Shown: in pieces, positions 38,940-51,074 of the stretch
Position numbering within the stretch: the first letter of the stretch is position 1
Layout: every line of letters begins with the position of its first letter
DNA from: Malacoraja senta
Taxonomy: Eukaryota
Length of the DNA stretch: 64,000 bases
Assembly (NCBI GenBank): GCA_038087875.1
Contig: CM075987.1
Span: 19,096,001 to 19,160,000, forward strand
Direction: 5' to 3'
Translations under genes and position numbers: made by a program
Notes under the pieces: generated by a model
Told to the model about the DNA's origin: nothing
The model's database searches: none
Seen by the model: the letters and a program-made list of their open reading frames with translations, nothing else

Positions 38940-39994
38940 AATAAATGTGAAGTCATTCACTTTGGGAAAAAAAATGATAGGGCAAGTTATTTTCTAAATG
39001 AGGTGGAGCTGCGTTGTAATGCAACGCAAAGGGATCTAGGGGTAGTAGTACATGAATCACTAAAAGTTAGTATGCAGGTGCAGCAAGCAATCAGGAAGGC
39101 CAATGGAGTTTTGGCCTTTATTGCTAGGGGGATTGAGTATAAAAACATGGAGGTCTTGCTGCAGCTGTACACAGTATTAGTGAGACCACATTTGGAATAC
39201 TGTGTACAGTTCTGGGGTCCATACTTAAGAAAGGATGTACTGGCCCTGGAGGCAGTGCAGCGAAGGTTTACAAGATTAATTCCTGCAATGAGGGGATTGA
39301 CATATGAGGAAAGGTTAAGTAGGCTGGAACTCTACTCTTTGGAGTTTAGAAGAATGAGAGGCGATCTCATTGAAACATATAAGATCGTGAGGGGCCTTGA
39401 TCGGGTGGATGCACCGAGGATGTTCCCAATGATCGGGGAAACTAGAACTAGGGGACATAGTTGTAGAATAAGAGGGGGCTCTTTTAAAACTGAGATGAGG
39501 AAGAACTTCTTCACCCAGAGGGTGGTTAATTTATGGAATTCACTGCCCCAGGGAGCAGTGGAAGCAGAAACATTAAATATATTTAAATCTAAAATAGATG
39601 TTTTTTTAGCTGCCAAGGGGATAAGGGGCTACGGGGAGAGGGCAGGGAAATGGACCTAGGTATGGTTAGTATAGTAAGACCTGAGTGATCTCCTGGACAA
39701 GTGTCGATCGCCTGGATTGGGGTCGGAGAGGAATTTCCCGGATTTTTTTCCCGAATTGGACCTGGGTTTTTATCCGGTTTTTTGCCTCCCCCAGGAGATC
39801 ACGCGGTTCTTGGGGTGGAGAGGGGTGATAGCGATATAAAGGGGAGGGTAGTGTCTTGTGTTCTGTGTCTTGTGTCTACTGTTTGTGGGTAAGGGTGTCT
39901 GTTTAGTGTTCAGCCATGAGCGAATGGCGGTGCGGGCTCGATGGGCCTGGTGGTCTACTCTCGCACCTACTTTCTATGTTTCTATGTTTCTATG
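38940..39994 (+). mobile_element. CR1 LINE, 5'-truncated, young, with extended 3' UTR
   Basis: Uninterrupted 218 aa ORF2 C-terminus (39003-39659; RDLGVVVH, LVRPHLEYCVQFW, TRGH, RVVNLWNSLP); (tttctatg)n tail. Confidence 0.95.
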
Positions 39995-40546
39995 GAGTGA
40001 GTAAAAGGAAAAAGGTGACCTTTCAGATATCTTTGTGGTTTCTAAAGGGAGAGAGGCAGAAGTCAGGAAATTATAGCCTTGTTAACTTCTGCTTTGGACA
40101 ATGTTCGAAGCTATAAATAAACATATTATAACAGGGCGCTCCGAAAATTCAAGGCAATCTGGCAAAGTCAACGTGGTTTTATGGAAAGGAAATAACATTT
40201 GAGGACTTTTTATAGAACAAAATAAATAATATGCTATGGATAAGAGTGAATTGGTGGATTTACTCCACCTAGATTTCTAAAAGGCATTTGGTGCTGCATG
40301 GAGTCATTGCAGAATCTAAAAGCACATGGTGTAGCTCGCGGCATGGCATGGATTGAAAACTTGCTGGCTAAATAATGCATAAATGGATCTTTTTCCAGTT
40401 GGCAGGATGTAATTGTTGGTGAACCACAAGGATTGGTGAGGATTACTGCTGGCACTTCTGTTTTTTTTTTACATTTTGTATAATTAATTGCATGAAGGTG
40501 TTGAACGTATGTTGACTGAATGTACTGACAGCACAAGGACAGGTTG

Positions 40547-40780
40547 CAATTACAGGAGAAAAAAATGTTAAATAGAAACAGAAAACACTGGAAATATTCA
40601 GCAGGTCAGGCAGCATCTGCGGAAAGAGAAGCAGATAATATTTCAGGTGAGGGACCCTCTGAAGGGTCCAAGAGCTGAAGTATTAACTGCTTCTCTCTCC
40701 ATACATGCTACCTGACCTGCTGAATGTTTCCAGGATTTTCTGTTTCTATTTTGCATTTTTTCCTCTCTCCTGTAATTGCC
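40547..40780. mobile_element. Palindromic PLE-derived short element (older)
   Basis: Long inverted arms gcaattacaggaga..aatagaaacagaaaa / ttttctgtttctatt..tctcctgtaattgc around ggaccctctgaagggtcc. Confidence 0.72.
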
Positions 40781-43203
40781 CAGCTACAGCTACAAGCTTG
40801 GGTGCAGTGCGCAAGCTAAATAATTAGGTCACTGAGGTTGACTGTCTTGAGCTGGTCCGAATTCTTCCATTATATCAGCTTCCTAAATGTTTTTAATTTG
40901 AATCTTAAACTAATAAACAGATGATTTCAAGGATAATGGTAGCCATTTATAAAGCACTTTTAATGTCATGAAAACTTTGCAAAGAACATAATTGAAGCAT
41001 TGTTAAGCAACAGATTTGATAATACCACAAGGTTCACATGACTAACTGCTTGGACAAATAGACAGGTTTTGAAAACCATTCTTTGTGTTTTTGGAAGGAA
41101 TTCTGTCCCTGATTTGTGTATTGGCCTTTATAACTTATTTTTTTCATTCTGATTATTCTGATTATATGTTAACCATAAATCTCTGTAAGGTGTCCTTGAG
41201 ACCTCGGTATAAGGTGCCCATAAATAAAATTCATTATTATTATTATTATTATTCTAACAAACAGCACAGTAGAAAATTGTAAAGGATTACAGAAGGAATC
41301 CCAGACCAGTTGAAATCTCAAATAATTTGGTGGAGGGATTAACTTTCAAATATGAGCAAGAAGTCTGAATTGGAGGAGTGAAAGAACTGTGGCAGGTTAA
41401 AGAATTGGCAGAGGTTACAAAGACAGGGATTTTAAAACGAGGAAATAAGAAAATGCTCCAGCCATTTGCATCCTTGAGTTAATGTTTTGTGGAGTGCCCC
41501 CCTTGGTCAAGGCTTTTATTTTTTTAAACATAAATGTTTCTTCCTGCCCCGAGCAATTAAAACCAACTTTTGTTGGTAGACACCAAGCAAGCCAAGGTAG
41601 AGAGTATATTTTATTTGTAATTTCCAAAAGATCTATTTCATTGCAGCACAACAATACTTAGATTTTTGATTGTCTAATTAATTTAAATGCTTTGCTGTAA
41701 ACAAAATTAAGGTCAATTGGGTAAATGAGTTATGAAATTTTGGAATTCTTCAGCTTCAGAAATAATATAATGCTTTAAAAAATGCCCAGAATTTTTATGA
41801 CACTGGTATTTTGAATTATCTTTTTTGGTAAGCAATTTACAAAAATATGCAAGATCCCAAGAGATGGATATGGGGAGGATGTTTCCTTTTGAAGTAAAAT
41901 CTAGAAACAGGGGTCACCCATGTAAGAAAGATGGGATTTTTTTTTCCCCTGCGCGTCATGAATATTTGGAACTCTATTCCTGGCTGTGTGGACTTTGAAT
42001 ATTTTTAAGGTAGTGCTAGATTCTTGATAAGAAAGGAAGTGAAAGGTTACTGGGGGTCAGTGGGAATGCAGAGTTCAGATTTTATTCAGTTAAGATCTTA
42101 TTATAAATTCAACTCTGAACATTGGTCCGGGCTCCAGGGGTTTCTGCTATTTCTGCTAAATTTCAATTGAGCTGTGTGAGCAGACAAGAAAATAAGCGTT
42201 TTGTCACGCTTAGACCAAGAATGAAGCTTCTTGGGAGGAGAGGTTTAGGGATGGACTCCAGAGTTTGGTTGGTTTGGTTATGGTGGAGAGATTAATAATC
42301 TGGGATACACAAGAGGCAGGAATTGGAATAATGCAGAGAACATGACAGGGAATGTAAATAAACTGTTGCGTTTTATTTCCAAATAATTGGAACAATGTAT
42401 TCCACTTTGATTTGGAGTTGTTTCTGCGTTACTGCCTTCCTTACTCTGTGAGGATAAAGGCCAGTGAAATCAAACAGTTCACAGTAATTATTGCCCCCAG
42501 TGTTTTGCTCTTAGAGATGGCAATCCTTAAGAATGAAGTACCAATAAAGGCACCATTGAGGAATAATTATCTTTGATCTTAAATACATTGCTGTAACACA
42601 GGTCCGCTACAGCCAGTACATTCTGTACTTGTGGTAGGTATATTTGTGAATATGTAACAGAGACCATGACGTTGGAAAACAAAGAGAGCAGCATTAAACA
42701 GTTTGATTTGACTCGCATTACCAGTGTTTAACCCAGAATTAACCTTGCTCTTGTTTAATGTTAGCTGGCTGTTTACTGGCTCTTTATAGTGGGGGGGGGG
42801 GGGGGGTCTGTTTTACTGGTTAATGATGGAATTTAAAAGTCAGTAAGATAAGCAGAGTAAGAGAGTATACATTTATCTTTTAGATATTTCATTAACAGCA
42901 CAAATTCGATGAACTGAATAGTCCCCTGTGTTATTCAGTGAGTTCTTTGAGACTGATTTTTATTTTCTGGAGCTGGGGTTTGCAAAATCAAGAAATTGAT
43001 GAACTATTTCAGACCTACCTTTAAATTAGGAACACCGGATATTTGGAATTAAAAAAATGTTGGAAAGAATAATATTGGTCCAAGAGTAAACAATTGGACA
43101 GAAATCCTAAGAAATTGAACAGAATGAGAAGCAAAAACTGAATTACCAGCTATGTGGATTCAAGATAACAAGGCACAGTTGAGGTGAATACCATTGAAAC
43201 GCT

Positions 43204-43550
43204 TTATTTATTTATTTATTTATCTATCCATTTTTATTTATTTATTTATTCTTTATTTCGAGCAGAATAAAAGATTAAAAAGCAAGTGTGAAACAGCATA
43301 CAAAAAAACAAAACAAGAATATTTATAAATAAATGAAATCGTATGTGTCCGAAAAGTAGCAGGAAGAAGCCAAAGCTTATTAATTCCCACCCCTTATTCA
43401 ACTGCATATAATTATCTTATACAAATTTAGCAGCTATATGTACACCATATGTACACCACCAGCTATATGTACACCAAATTATTTACATTTATACACTAAT
43501 CAAATATTTACAAAGCCATACAAAAAAAGAGAGAAAAAAATAAAAAATAA
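43204..43550 (-). mobile_element. Crack/L2-group LINE 3' UTR
   Basis: Minus strand ggggtgggaattaataagctttggcttcttcctgctacttttcggac followed by a (AAAT)n tail, recalled as the Crack-type terminal motif. Confidence 0.6.
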
Positions 43551-44059
43551 CAGAATTTGCTGGTAAGTTGGAGAGTACTGCAGAAATATATATTGAAGAA
43601 AAAGGATGAAGAAGAACGATATGCTGCTTGTGTTGACTTCAAACACTCCGGGGACTTTTGCTTTAAGGAAGTGCAAATTTCATTTAATATTTACATTTTT
43701 TTTTTAATGAGGAAATAATGTGAAACAAATACTTGGAATTTTAATTTTCAATTGGAAAACTGCCTCGCTGGCATAGAATTTTAAAGCATTTCTGCTTAGA
43801 TAAGGTGAAAATCTTAGAAGATCAGAAAAAAATCCAGTTCATCATAAGCCAAAGCAATGACTGTGCCTATCTTTTGATCGTCGAAACAAGTCTCAGTTAT
43901 GTAGTGCCAGCCCATGGTCTGTTGCTCGGATGTTTGAATAGGTTTCTTTCTGTTGCTATGTCATTGATATTTAGTCTGAGTGTGACATTTAGTCGGACCC
44001 CTCCCATCCAGCAAACCACCTTTTCCAGTCTCTCCCTTCAGGGAGGCGCCTTAGGTCAC

Positions 44060-44355
44060 TTGCTACAAAATCCACCCGTTTTAAAAACAGTTTCTTCCCC
44101 TCAGCAATAAGAACACTTAATTCCCTCCAATAAATTTTTGACTTTGATGTATACAGTGTCTTGTCTATGGTTTTTATCTGTTCTTTTGCACTATGTATTG
44201 TTGGTGAGATTTGTGATTTGTGATGTGCTTTATTATTATTGTTGTTAGTGTTATTGTGCTAAAGCAGTACCATCATGTACCGAACCCAATTACCACCAAC
44301 CCTGGTCGTGTGGCAAATAAAGTTTCTATTCTATTCTATTCTATTCTATTCTATT
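44060..44355 (+). mobile_element. Rex1/Babar LINE 3' end with (CTATT)n tail
   Basis: TRFKNSFFPSAIRTLN then aataaagtt(tctat)n. Confidence 0.72.
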
Positions 44356-45351
44356 TAGATCACATCAGTTCATCTCTGGAATACAGGGGGTTGAGACCGC
44401 CCTGTATTTCAATTTTGTGTTTGTGTCCACAACACAGACATTGATGCATAGCACACCACAACACATAACTTGTTGCATTTTCCTTTAGCAATGCTGCAGA
44501 GTGTACTGCTAAAGCAAGTGCTGCTAAAACGGAGTTATGTTACTTGAAATCTACAAAAATATATGAAGACATTTAAGCATTGGGCACAGAAAGAATTACA
44601 ATCACCAAAGTCTTGAAAAGATTCTTGATGGCAAGAGTTTGCCAACTTATTGTCTCCAGGAGAGACTGAATTAAGAAATGGAAAACGCCCAGCGTAAGGA
44701 ATGGGCAATAGACTCTAGAATTCTGCTGCAAGCCAATCCGAAACAGATTGGGAGGTAACTTGGGCCAAGTATTATCTTTTTGCCTCTGTCTCATGAAACA
44801 ATACTGAATTAATGCTGCCTGAAATTTGCCTAGCTCTCTCTTGAATTATTTTATTAGTTCACATCACTACTTGCAATTTATTTTACAGGCTCTCTGGAAG
44901 ATGCCAGATCAGTTGCATGATATAAACTTGTGTATCTGAGTCCTGCTCGGTTTTCTTAATCTGTCATTAAATGATTTAATTGCTAGCTGATGAAATCTCT
45001 GAGTGATATGATAAATAACAGGCGTTGAAGTGTTAATTGCTTTGTTGCCCCAGCTCTATTCTTTTTGTTTTTGTAGGTGGTAAAATTAATAGGATGCTAG
45101 GCATTTTGGATCTCACTAACTTTGTGAATACTATTTTTCAAGTTGTGTTTGAATTGGATGACTGTCGAAAAGAATCAGCACCCTGTGAGCTAATTTTGTT
45201 GACGTGTATCACATAGACCTGCCTAGTCATTTGCGTGAAACAATATTGAATCAATGCAGCCTGAAATTTGTAGGTGCATTGCTTAGGAAAACATTGTGAT
45301 GCATGTGTGCATGCTACTGATGAAAAGAAATCTCCTGCTCTCGAGCATGTA

Positions 45352-45945
45352 GAGACTAATGTCCCGCGGGTTTGCGGTCATTGGCGGTGAAGCGCGGCGT
45401 CGCCGGAAGAGGGGACTGCACGGCAACCGCGAGAGCGCCGCACGGATGCTGCGTGGGGGCCGAGTGATCTCCGTACGGCCGGTTCCACGAGCTTGCGGCG
45501 TCGGTAGTGGTGATCGCGGCGCTGTGGCGGCGGCTGTGGCGGTGAAAGTTGGACTCACAGCGCTCGTGCCGCACTGGCGGCGGTTGTGGCGATGCCCATG
45601 CCGCACACGTGCCTCACTGACGGCGGCTGTGGCGGTGCCCGTGCCGCACACTTGCCTCGCTGGCGGCGGCTGTGGCGGTGAAAGTTGGACTCACGGCGCT
45701 CGTGCCGCACTGGTGGTGGCTGTGGCGGTGCCCGTGCCGCACTCGTGCCTCACTGGCGGCGGCTGTGCGGTAGGAAAAGATTTTTCGACATTGTTGGTTT
45801 TTTGTGAGCACCGTGCGGTGTTGGGACCAACGCCGCACGGCCCCGGCAGTGTGCGTTTGACCGAACCCGCGGTCTCTGGCGGTCCACGAGCGGTAGATAC
45901 TTCCTGTTTCACCGCCAATGACTGCAAACTCGTGAGACAGGCCTT
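45352..45945. mobile_element. GC-rich MITE (probably PIF/Harbinger-type) with internal tandem repeats
   Basis: 31 bp inverted repeats 45361-45391 / 45908-45938; right end reverse-complements to aggcctgtctcac, similar to gggcctgtccc at 50198; repeated ggcggctgtggcggtg units. Confidence 0.7.
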
Positions 45946-46359
45946 TTAAGGAACCTCTTGAAAGCTCTGAGGGTGCAATATGTCAAAGAATTTGGAACAA
46001 ACTTTATCCTAGTGTAATCCATCTTCTTGAAACACAACATGGAAAGTTTTGCAGTGTTTCATGCAATCCCCAATTCTGGCATTGAATAAAATGTTAATTG
46101 AAACTATTTCATCACCATTCTATCCTGGTAGTTTCACCTCAGGCTTCATATGTTATCAATGTGATCAACGACTGTGTTTCAATACTGTTGCAGGTCTGAA
46201 GCTGTTGTTGTAGAGTGAGCCATTGTAAAAAAAAAATGCCGTGTTTATTTAAATTACCAGTTATCCATGGAATCTGGAAGAGTGAATGAGGAACAATACT
46301 GCTGCCCAAAAGACACAAGAATCTCTAAATTTGATAGAACAATTTAATTAATAACTTTC

Positions 46360-46980
46360 AGCAAAAAACAAACTGCTGGAGGAACTTGGTGGGTCAGGCA
46401 GCATCTGTGGAGAGAAATGGACAGATGATGTTTCGGGTCGAGGCCCCTCTTCACACTGATGGGGTAGAAGGGGATAGCTTGTGGAAAGAGGTGAGGACAT
46501 TGGGTGGGGCAAGAGCTAGCAAGTGTTGGGTGGATCCAGGTAAGAAGGGATTGATTAGCAGATGAGTCGGGTGGGGGAAGCTAGGGTAGACTTAAATACT
46601 AAGACTCGAGTGGAGAAGACAAAAGGGTACAAATTGTATCATCTGATAAGAAAGAATGTTGGGGATTGAGGAATTAATTGCAGAACTGGAGTTGGGGGGG
46701 GGGGGGGTGAGTAGAAGGGGACAGTGGTTGGCAGGGAAAAAAAATTAGGAAGCCAAAGTAGGGAGGGTTGGGTGATGAGCAGTTGGAGTCAAAGGAGGAA
46801 GGGGAAGGAACTGGGTGACAGGCAGATGAGTCGGGTCGTATAGATAGTTACCAAGGCTGAAAGGTCTCAACCCGAAACATCGTCTGTCCATTTCACTCCA
46901 CGGGTGCAGCTTGATCCGTTGAGTTCCTCCAGCAGTTTGATTATTGCTCAAGATTCCAGCAAGTGCAGGCTCTTTTGTCT
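46360..46980. mobile_element. PLE-derived element with inverted terminal copies
   Basis: caaactgctggaggaact..gtttcgggtcgagg at the left end and ggtctcaacccgaaacatc..gagttcctccagcagtttg at the right end. Confidence 0.72.
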
Positions 46981-47748
46981 TTATTTCATGGCATTGTTAC
47001 AGGATATACATGGGCCATTCATCCTGACTGCACGAGTGCTCTAGAGTGAAATTAAACTATTGATCCAACAGGTTGTTTAACAGATGGCTGTTTTGAGGCC
47101 CTTTTGGTATCAAATAAGCTTTTACTGATTTTAAAAAAAAAATTATGAATAGTTAGTCATCAGAACATACAATGAAAAGCTTGACCAAGTGGGTAAAGTA
47201 GTTTGGTATTTCTGTTGAGATGTCACCAGTGTCCAAGAGCTGTGAGCCACTTGTTGACCATTGCCTGTTATTAAGAATAACATTTCGTACTTATGTTTTG
47301 AATCTACCAGTTGCTACTCATTTTCCACTCTTGCATTTCATATCTGAACTTCCTTTGCCCTTACCACCACCTCCCAGCCCTCAACCTTCTGCTCAATGTC
47401 AGTAATGCAATAATCCAGCGTTTGACAATTCATTTTAATTGAAGATGCAATCTTTGAAAACATGGTTCTTGGAAATAATAGGTTAGAACAATCAAGTATG
47501 TTTCACATGACGTTTTGTGAAATATTTCATGTTGCTCACATCTGTGTTTATGTTCCCTGCCAGTAATCTGAGGGTTAAAGAATAGAAAGCTGATGCTGGC
47601 ACTTTTCTGAATTAGAGGATTTCTGTGACAGTGTTAGCTGCGCAGTAACAGATGTCATTGTGCCTTCCATGATTTTAAAGGAGTGAAATTCCTTTTATTT
47701 GAGTAGCTCGGTCTATAGTGCTGTTACGATACACCTGTGTTGTTCCAG

Positions 47749-48123
47749 AATCTTGAATGTTTTGCTATAAAAGTTTATTGTATTTCAAGCAACCCCAAGA
47801 ACACTATCAATTATGTGAAGATTACAACGTATTCATATTACCGTTTTGCGAATCTGCTATTCATAAAAAGGAGTCCCATTTTGATCCTGAGGAAACAAGT
47901 GGATACCTTTTTCGTTTTCTTGCAAGATCTGGATCTTGTTCCAAATCTACTCCTAAGCCATGCGGATACTACATCTAAACACTCAGCCCTTGGGTTTCAA
48001 CAGGGCTGAGACGGCGGTTTGCAGACTTATTTATTCTAGGTCAAGACCCCGTGCAGTCTTGCTGCCAATAGACATGGAGTTGGGGCTCTATGTTCAGAAG
48101 ATTAAATGCATGCAAAAGAAAAG
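47749..48123 (+). other. Candidate host-gene exon
   Basis: Non-repetitive; acceptor tgtgttgttccag| at 47748 (alternative near 47563); consensus donor AAG|GTAAGT at 48124; gccATG at 47960 open to the donor. Confidence 0.45.
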
Positions 48124-48589
48124 GTAAGTTGTTTTTGCACAGTTTAAAAAAAAAAAAAAAATGCTAACAACACTAGTATGCGTGGTGATCCATTTCAATC
48201 AATGTTTAACACATAAATCTTCACACATATTGAGGGCTTGTACTATACTGTCTGTTACTTTGACAAAATAAATCCACAATCCATAAAGGCGACCACCTCA
48301 CTTAGTGTTTGCCTTTTGCTTCTCATAAAATATGTTTTGCATTTAGAAAGACTGGGAGTATGTGGTGTTGGACATTACTGGCAATAATTAGAGAGGCCAT
48401 TGAACAAAAATGAATGTTTTAACACAATCTGCTTTTAAAATTAAATGAATTGCAGGGAAAGTGAGGATTAAGAGATTTCAAATGTTTTGCTGTTGTACAT
48501 CTTCAAAAAGAGCCAATGAGCACGTAATTTCTCCAGCACTGGAGATTATGACCCACTGTGTCAGCTGTGATAATTGAAAACAAAACAAG

Positions 48590-48780
48590 TGTAGGTCATG
48601 GGTGCAAGACTGAAATCTAAAGGTCAAGTTGAATGCTGCCAGTCCAGTACAGGAGTGTTCCAATATTAGAGGCAACTGCTTTCAGATGAAATTATAAACT
48701 GAGACTCCATCAACTGAACATGCAAGATCCCATGGCGTAATTTCAGATGGTTGCATGCCTGCCTTGCCCACCTATTGTTC
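48590..48780 (+). mobile_element. Ancient Deu-domain SINE fragment
   Basis: ccagtacaggagtgttccaatattagaggcaactgctttcagatgaaattataaactgagactcc..aagatcccatggc. Confidence 0.5.
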
Positions 48781-50820
48781 CTAATGCTCATTGATACATT
48801 ATTATCATATTTACTTGGGTACAGTGAAATTCCTTTTTTGCATGCAGTACAGTAAAAGTCTTATGGGCACAATCATACTTAAGGACAAGAGTGTAAAAAT
48901 AGTAGATTACTCTGAGGTAGTCCACAAGAGTCGCCATGTTTCCAGCGCCAACTGGTATCCTTCAAGTACAGAATTATTTAAAAGGTTGGTCTGAACTTGG
49001 GCATAAAGGAGCATTGTCCTGGCAGCACTGGGTTGGAGTTGCAAGGGTGGGCCTGGCCAGGCAATGTTGTTGGTCCCCTTCTCTGCCGCTCCGTGCTTCT
49101 GCAGACGTGCCCGTTCCGTGCGCTCGGCCTCTTGGAGCAACACCCAATCTAATTTGGTCCCAAGCTGCTACAAGACCTCCTGCGGCCCGATCCAGAGAAG
49201 TTGACCTGTGAGCACACTGTCCCTCGCTTCAGAGTCACACTCAGCCTTTGTGCCCTCCTGCACACTAACCTTTGAAAACCAGAGCACCTCCGAGGGCAAG
49301 GGAGTTGAGCCCTCAGTATCCGCAATGGAACTGTTCATTTCCTCCATCTTCCGCCGCTGTCATCCTGAAGGATCTATCTCGAGTGTCCAGCTGCAAATTC
49401 ACGCTTCTATCAATGTCAGTGACACAATTCACTTATTATCTTCACTGTTTGTGCAAACTAGCTGTGCACAAATGGACTGCTGTATTTCCTGCATTTCTAG
49501 AGGGAGATAAAGGTGAAATTAATTTTGCATTTTTCATGTTAACCTGCGGTTATAGAAGATAAATTCAAGAATTGCGTTTCATAGAAAGAAAATAAAGTTT
49601 GAAGTTTTTCTTGAATTTCATCGCTACATTTAATGCTCCTATATTTTCCCCTTCCGAGTGTTGTAGCCACATAATGAATCGATTAACTTTAAATAACATT
49701 CCTCATCCCCAAATAATAGATTTGTAAATTATGGTTTTGAGATCTTGGATTTGTTTTGCTGTGAGGCAGATTAAGATGCTGATTTCAGTCCGTGGTTGAA
49801 AATATGTACTAATAAGCAGGATTTCACTGGAAAACATATAATCCTATATTTGATTGCAGTTAATAAATGAGTAAAATGGAGGCAGAAATTTAGAAGTGAG
49901 TCATAAACTGTTATGAAGACAAAAAAAACACACTGGTTTATTTCTGTTTAATTTGAGAAAATAATACCTTTCCATCTCATTTCTTTGCCTAAATTATTTA
50001 TCAAAGTTTATAGACTTATTTCTCTGATTTGCAAAAAACTCAGAAAAGCAATGTTAAGGTTATACCTAACAGCAGTATTAAACAATTCTCCAAAATGAGC
50101 ACACTCTGGAAAACACAAGTACCTTAGAATGATCCCCTGGTAATTATATATTTGTGCTTTGCAAGACTGCTAAACATCTAATTGTGTGGTTCTTGATGGG
50201 CCTGTCCCTTTTAGGTGAATGCAGGAGACTATGCAGTCGCCACATGTTGCGGGTGGTTGCCGGGGAGTCGCCTTCATGGTCGTGAGGATCCGGACCCAAA
50301 ACGTTAACTGTCCATTCTCTCCATGGATGCTGTCTGATGTGCTGAGTTTCTCCTGCAGTTTGATTTTGCTCAAGAATGCAGCATCTGCACTCTCTTGTGT
50401 CTTCATTCCTGAGGCTAGAACGATATAAAACTAGATGTTTATCTGAGAGTTTCATTGGAACAGCCTGGAAGGCAGTGATCCGAGTGATTTGGAGTTTAAA
50501 TGGCAAGTGATCAGAACAGGCATTGGCTTATGGACCGAATCAATACGTTCTGTCATTTAGAGGAGACAGCAAACATGAGCATTTAGTACAGGAGTATAAC
50601 ATTATTTTTATGATCTTTGCTGTTAATTTTGAACCACATCTGTGAAGTGATGCCTGCCAACAATATACCCCGTCTAAGTAGAACACGAGGATTGATTGGC
50701 ACACACATTTCTTTCTTTCTATCTCTTGTAGCCAAGTTAAATAAATCTCTAGTCAATCTGGAGCCAGGGTTTGTAAGTTGCTACGGTGATGTGAATTTCA
50801 GTGTGATTTTTAATGAGGTG

Positions 50821-51024
50821 TGTAAGATATTCCGGCTTCAGCATGTAGATAGAAACAAGCACAGGTTTTCAGTACACACTGTTGCCAATGTGGGTCTTTA
50901 TTTTACAAAAGTACACTGCGCATACTCACACATTTATGAGACTGATAAGATATTGAATATATCGCATGACACAAATCATACCATTCTAGTACTTAAAGTT
51001 ACAGTTACCATTATATACACTACT
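50821..51024 (-). repeat. 3' LTR
   Basis: Preceded on the minus strand by polypurine tract aaggggag (51025-51032). Confidence 0.93.
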
Positions 51025-51074
51025 CTCCCCTTAGAAAGTAAAATAACTTGTAAATTATACAAACACAAATAATT

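Noticed and set aside
39003-39659. Intact 218 aa ORF as a host gene
   Set aside because: It is the C-terminus of CR1 ORF2 in a 5'-truncated copy
45283-45949. Overlapping ORFs of 72-196 aa on both strands
   Set aside because: By-product of a GC-rich tandemly repeated MITE lacking stop codons
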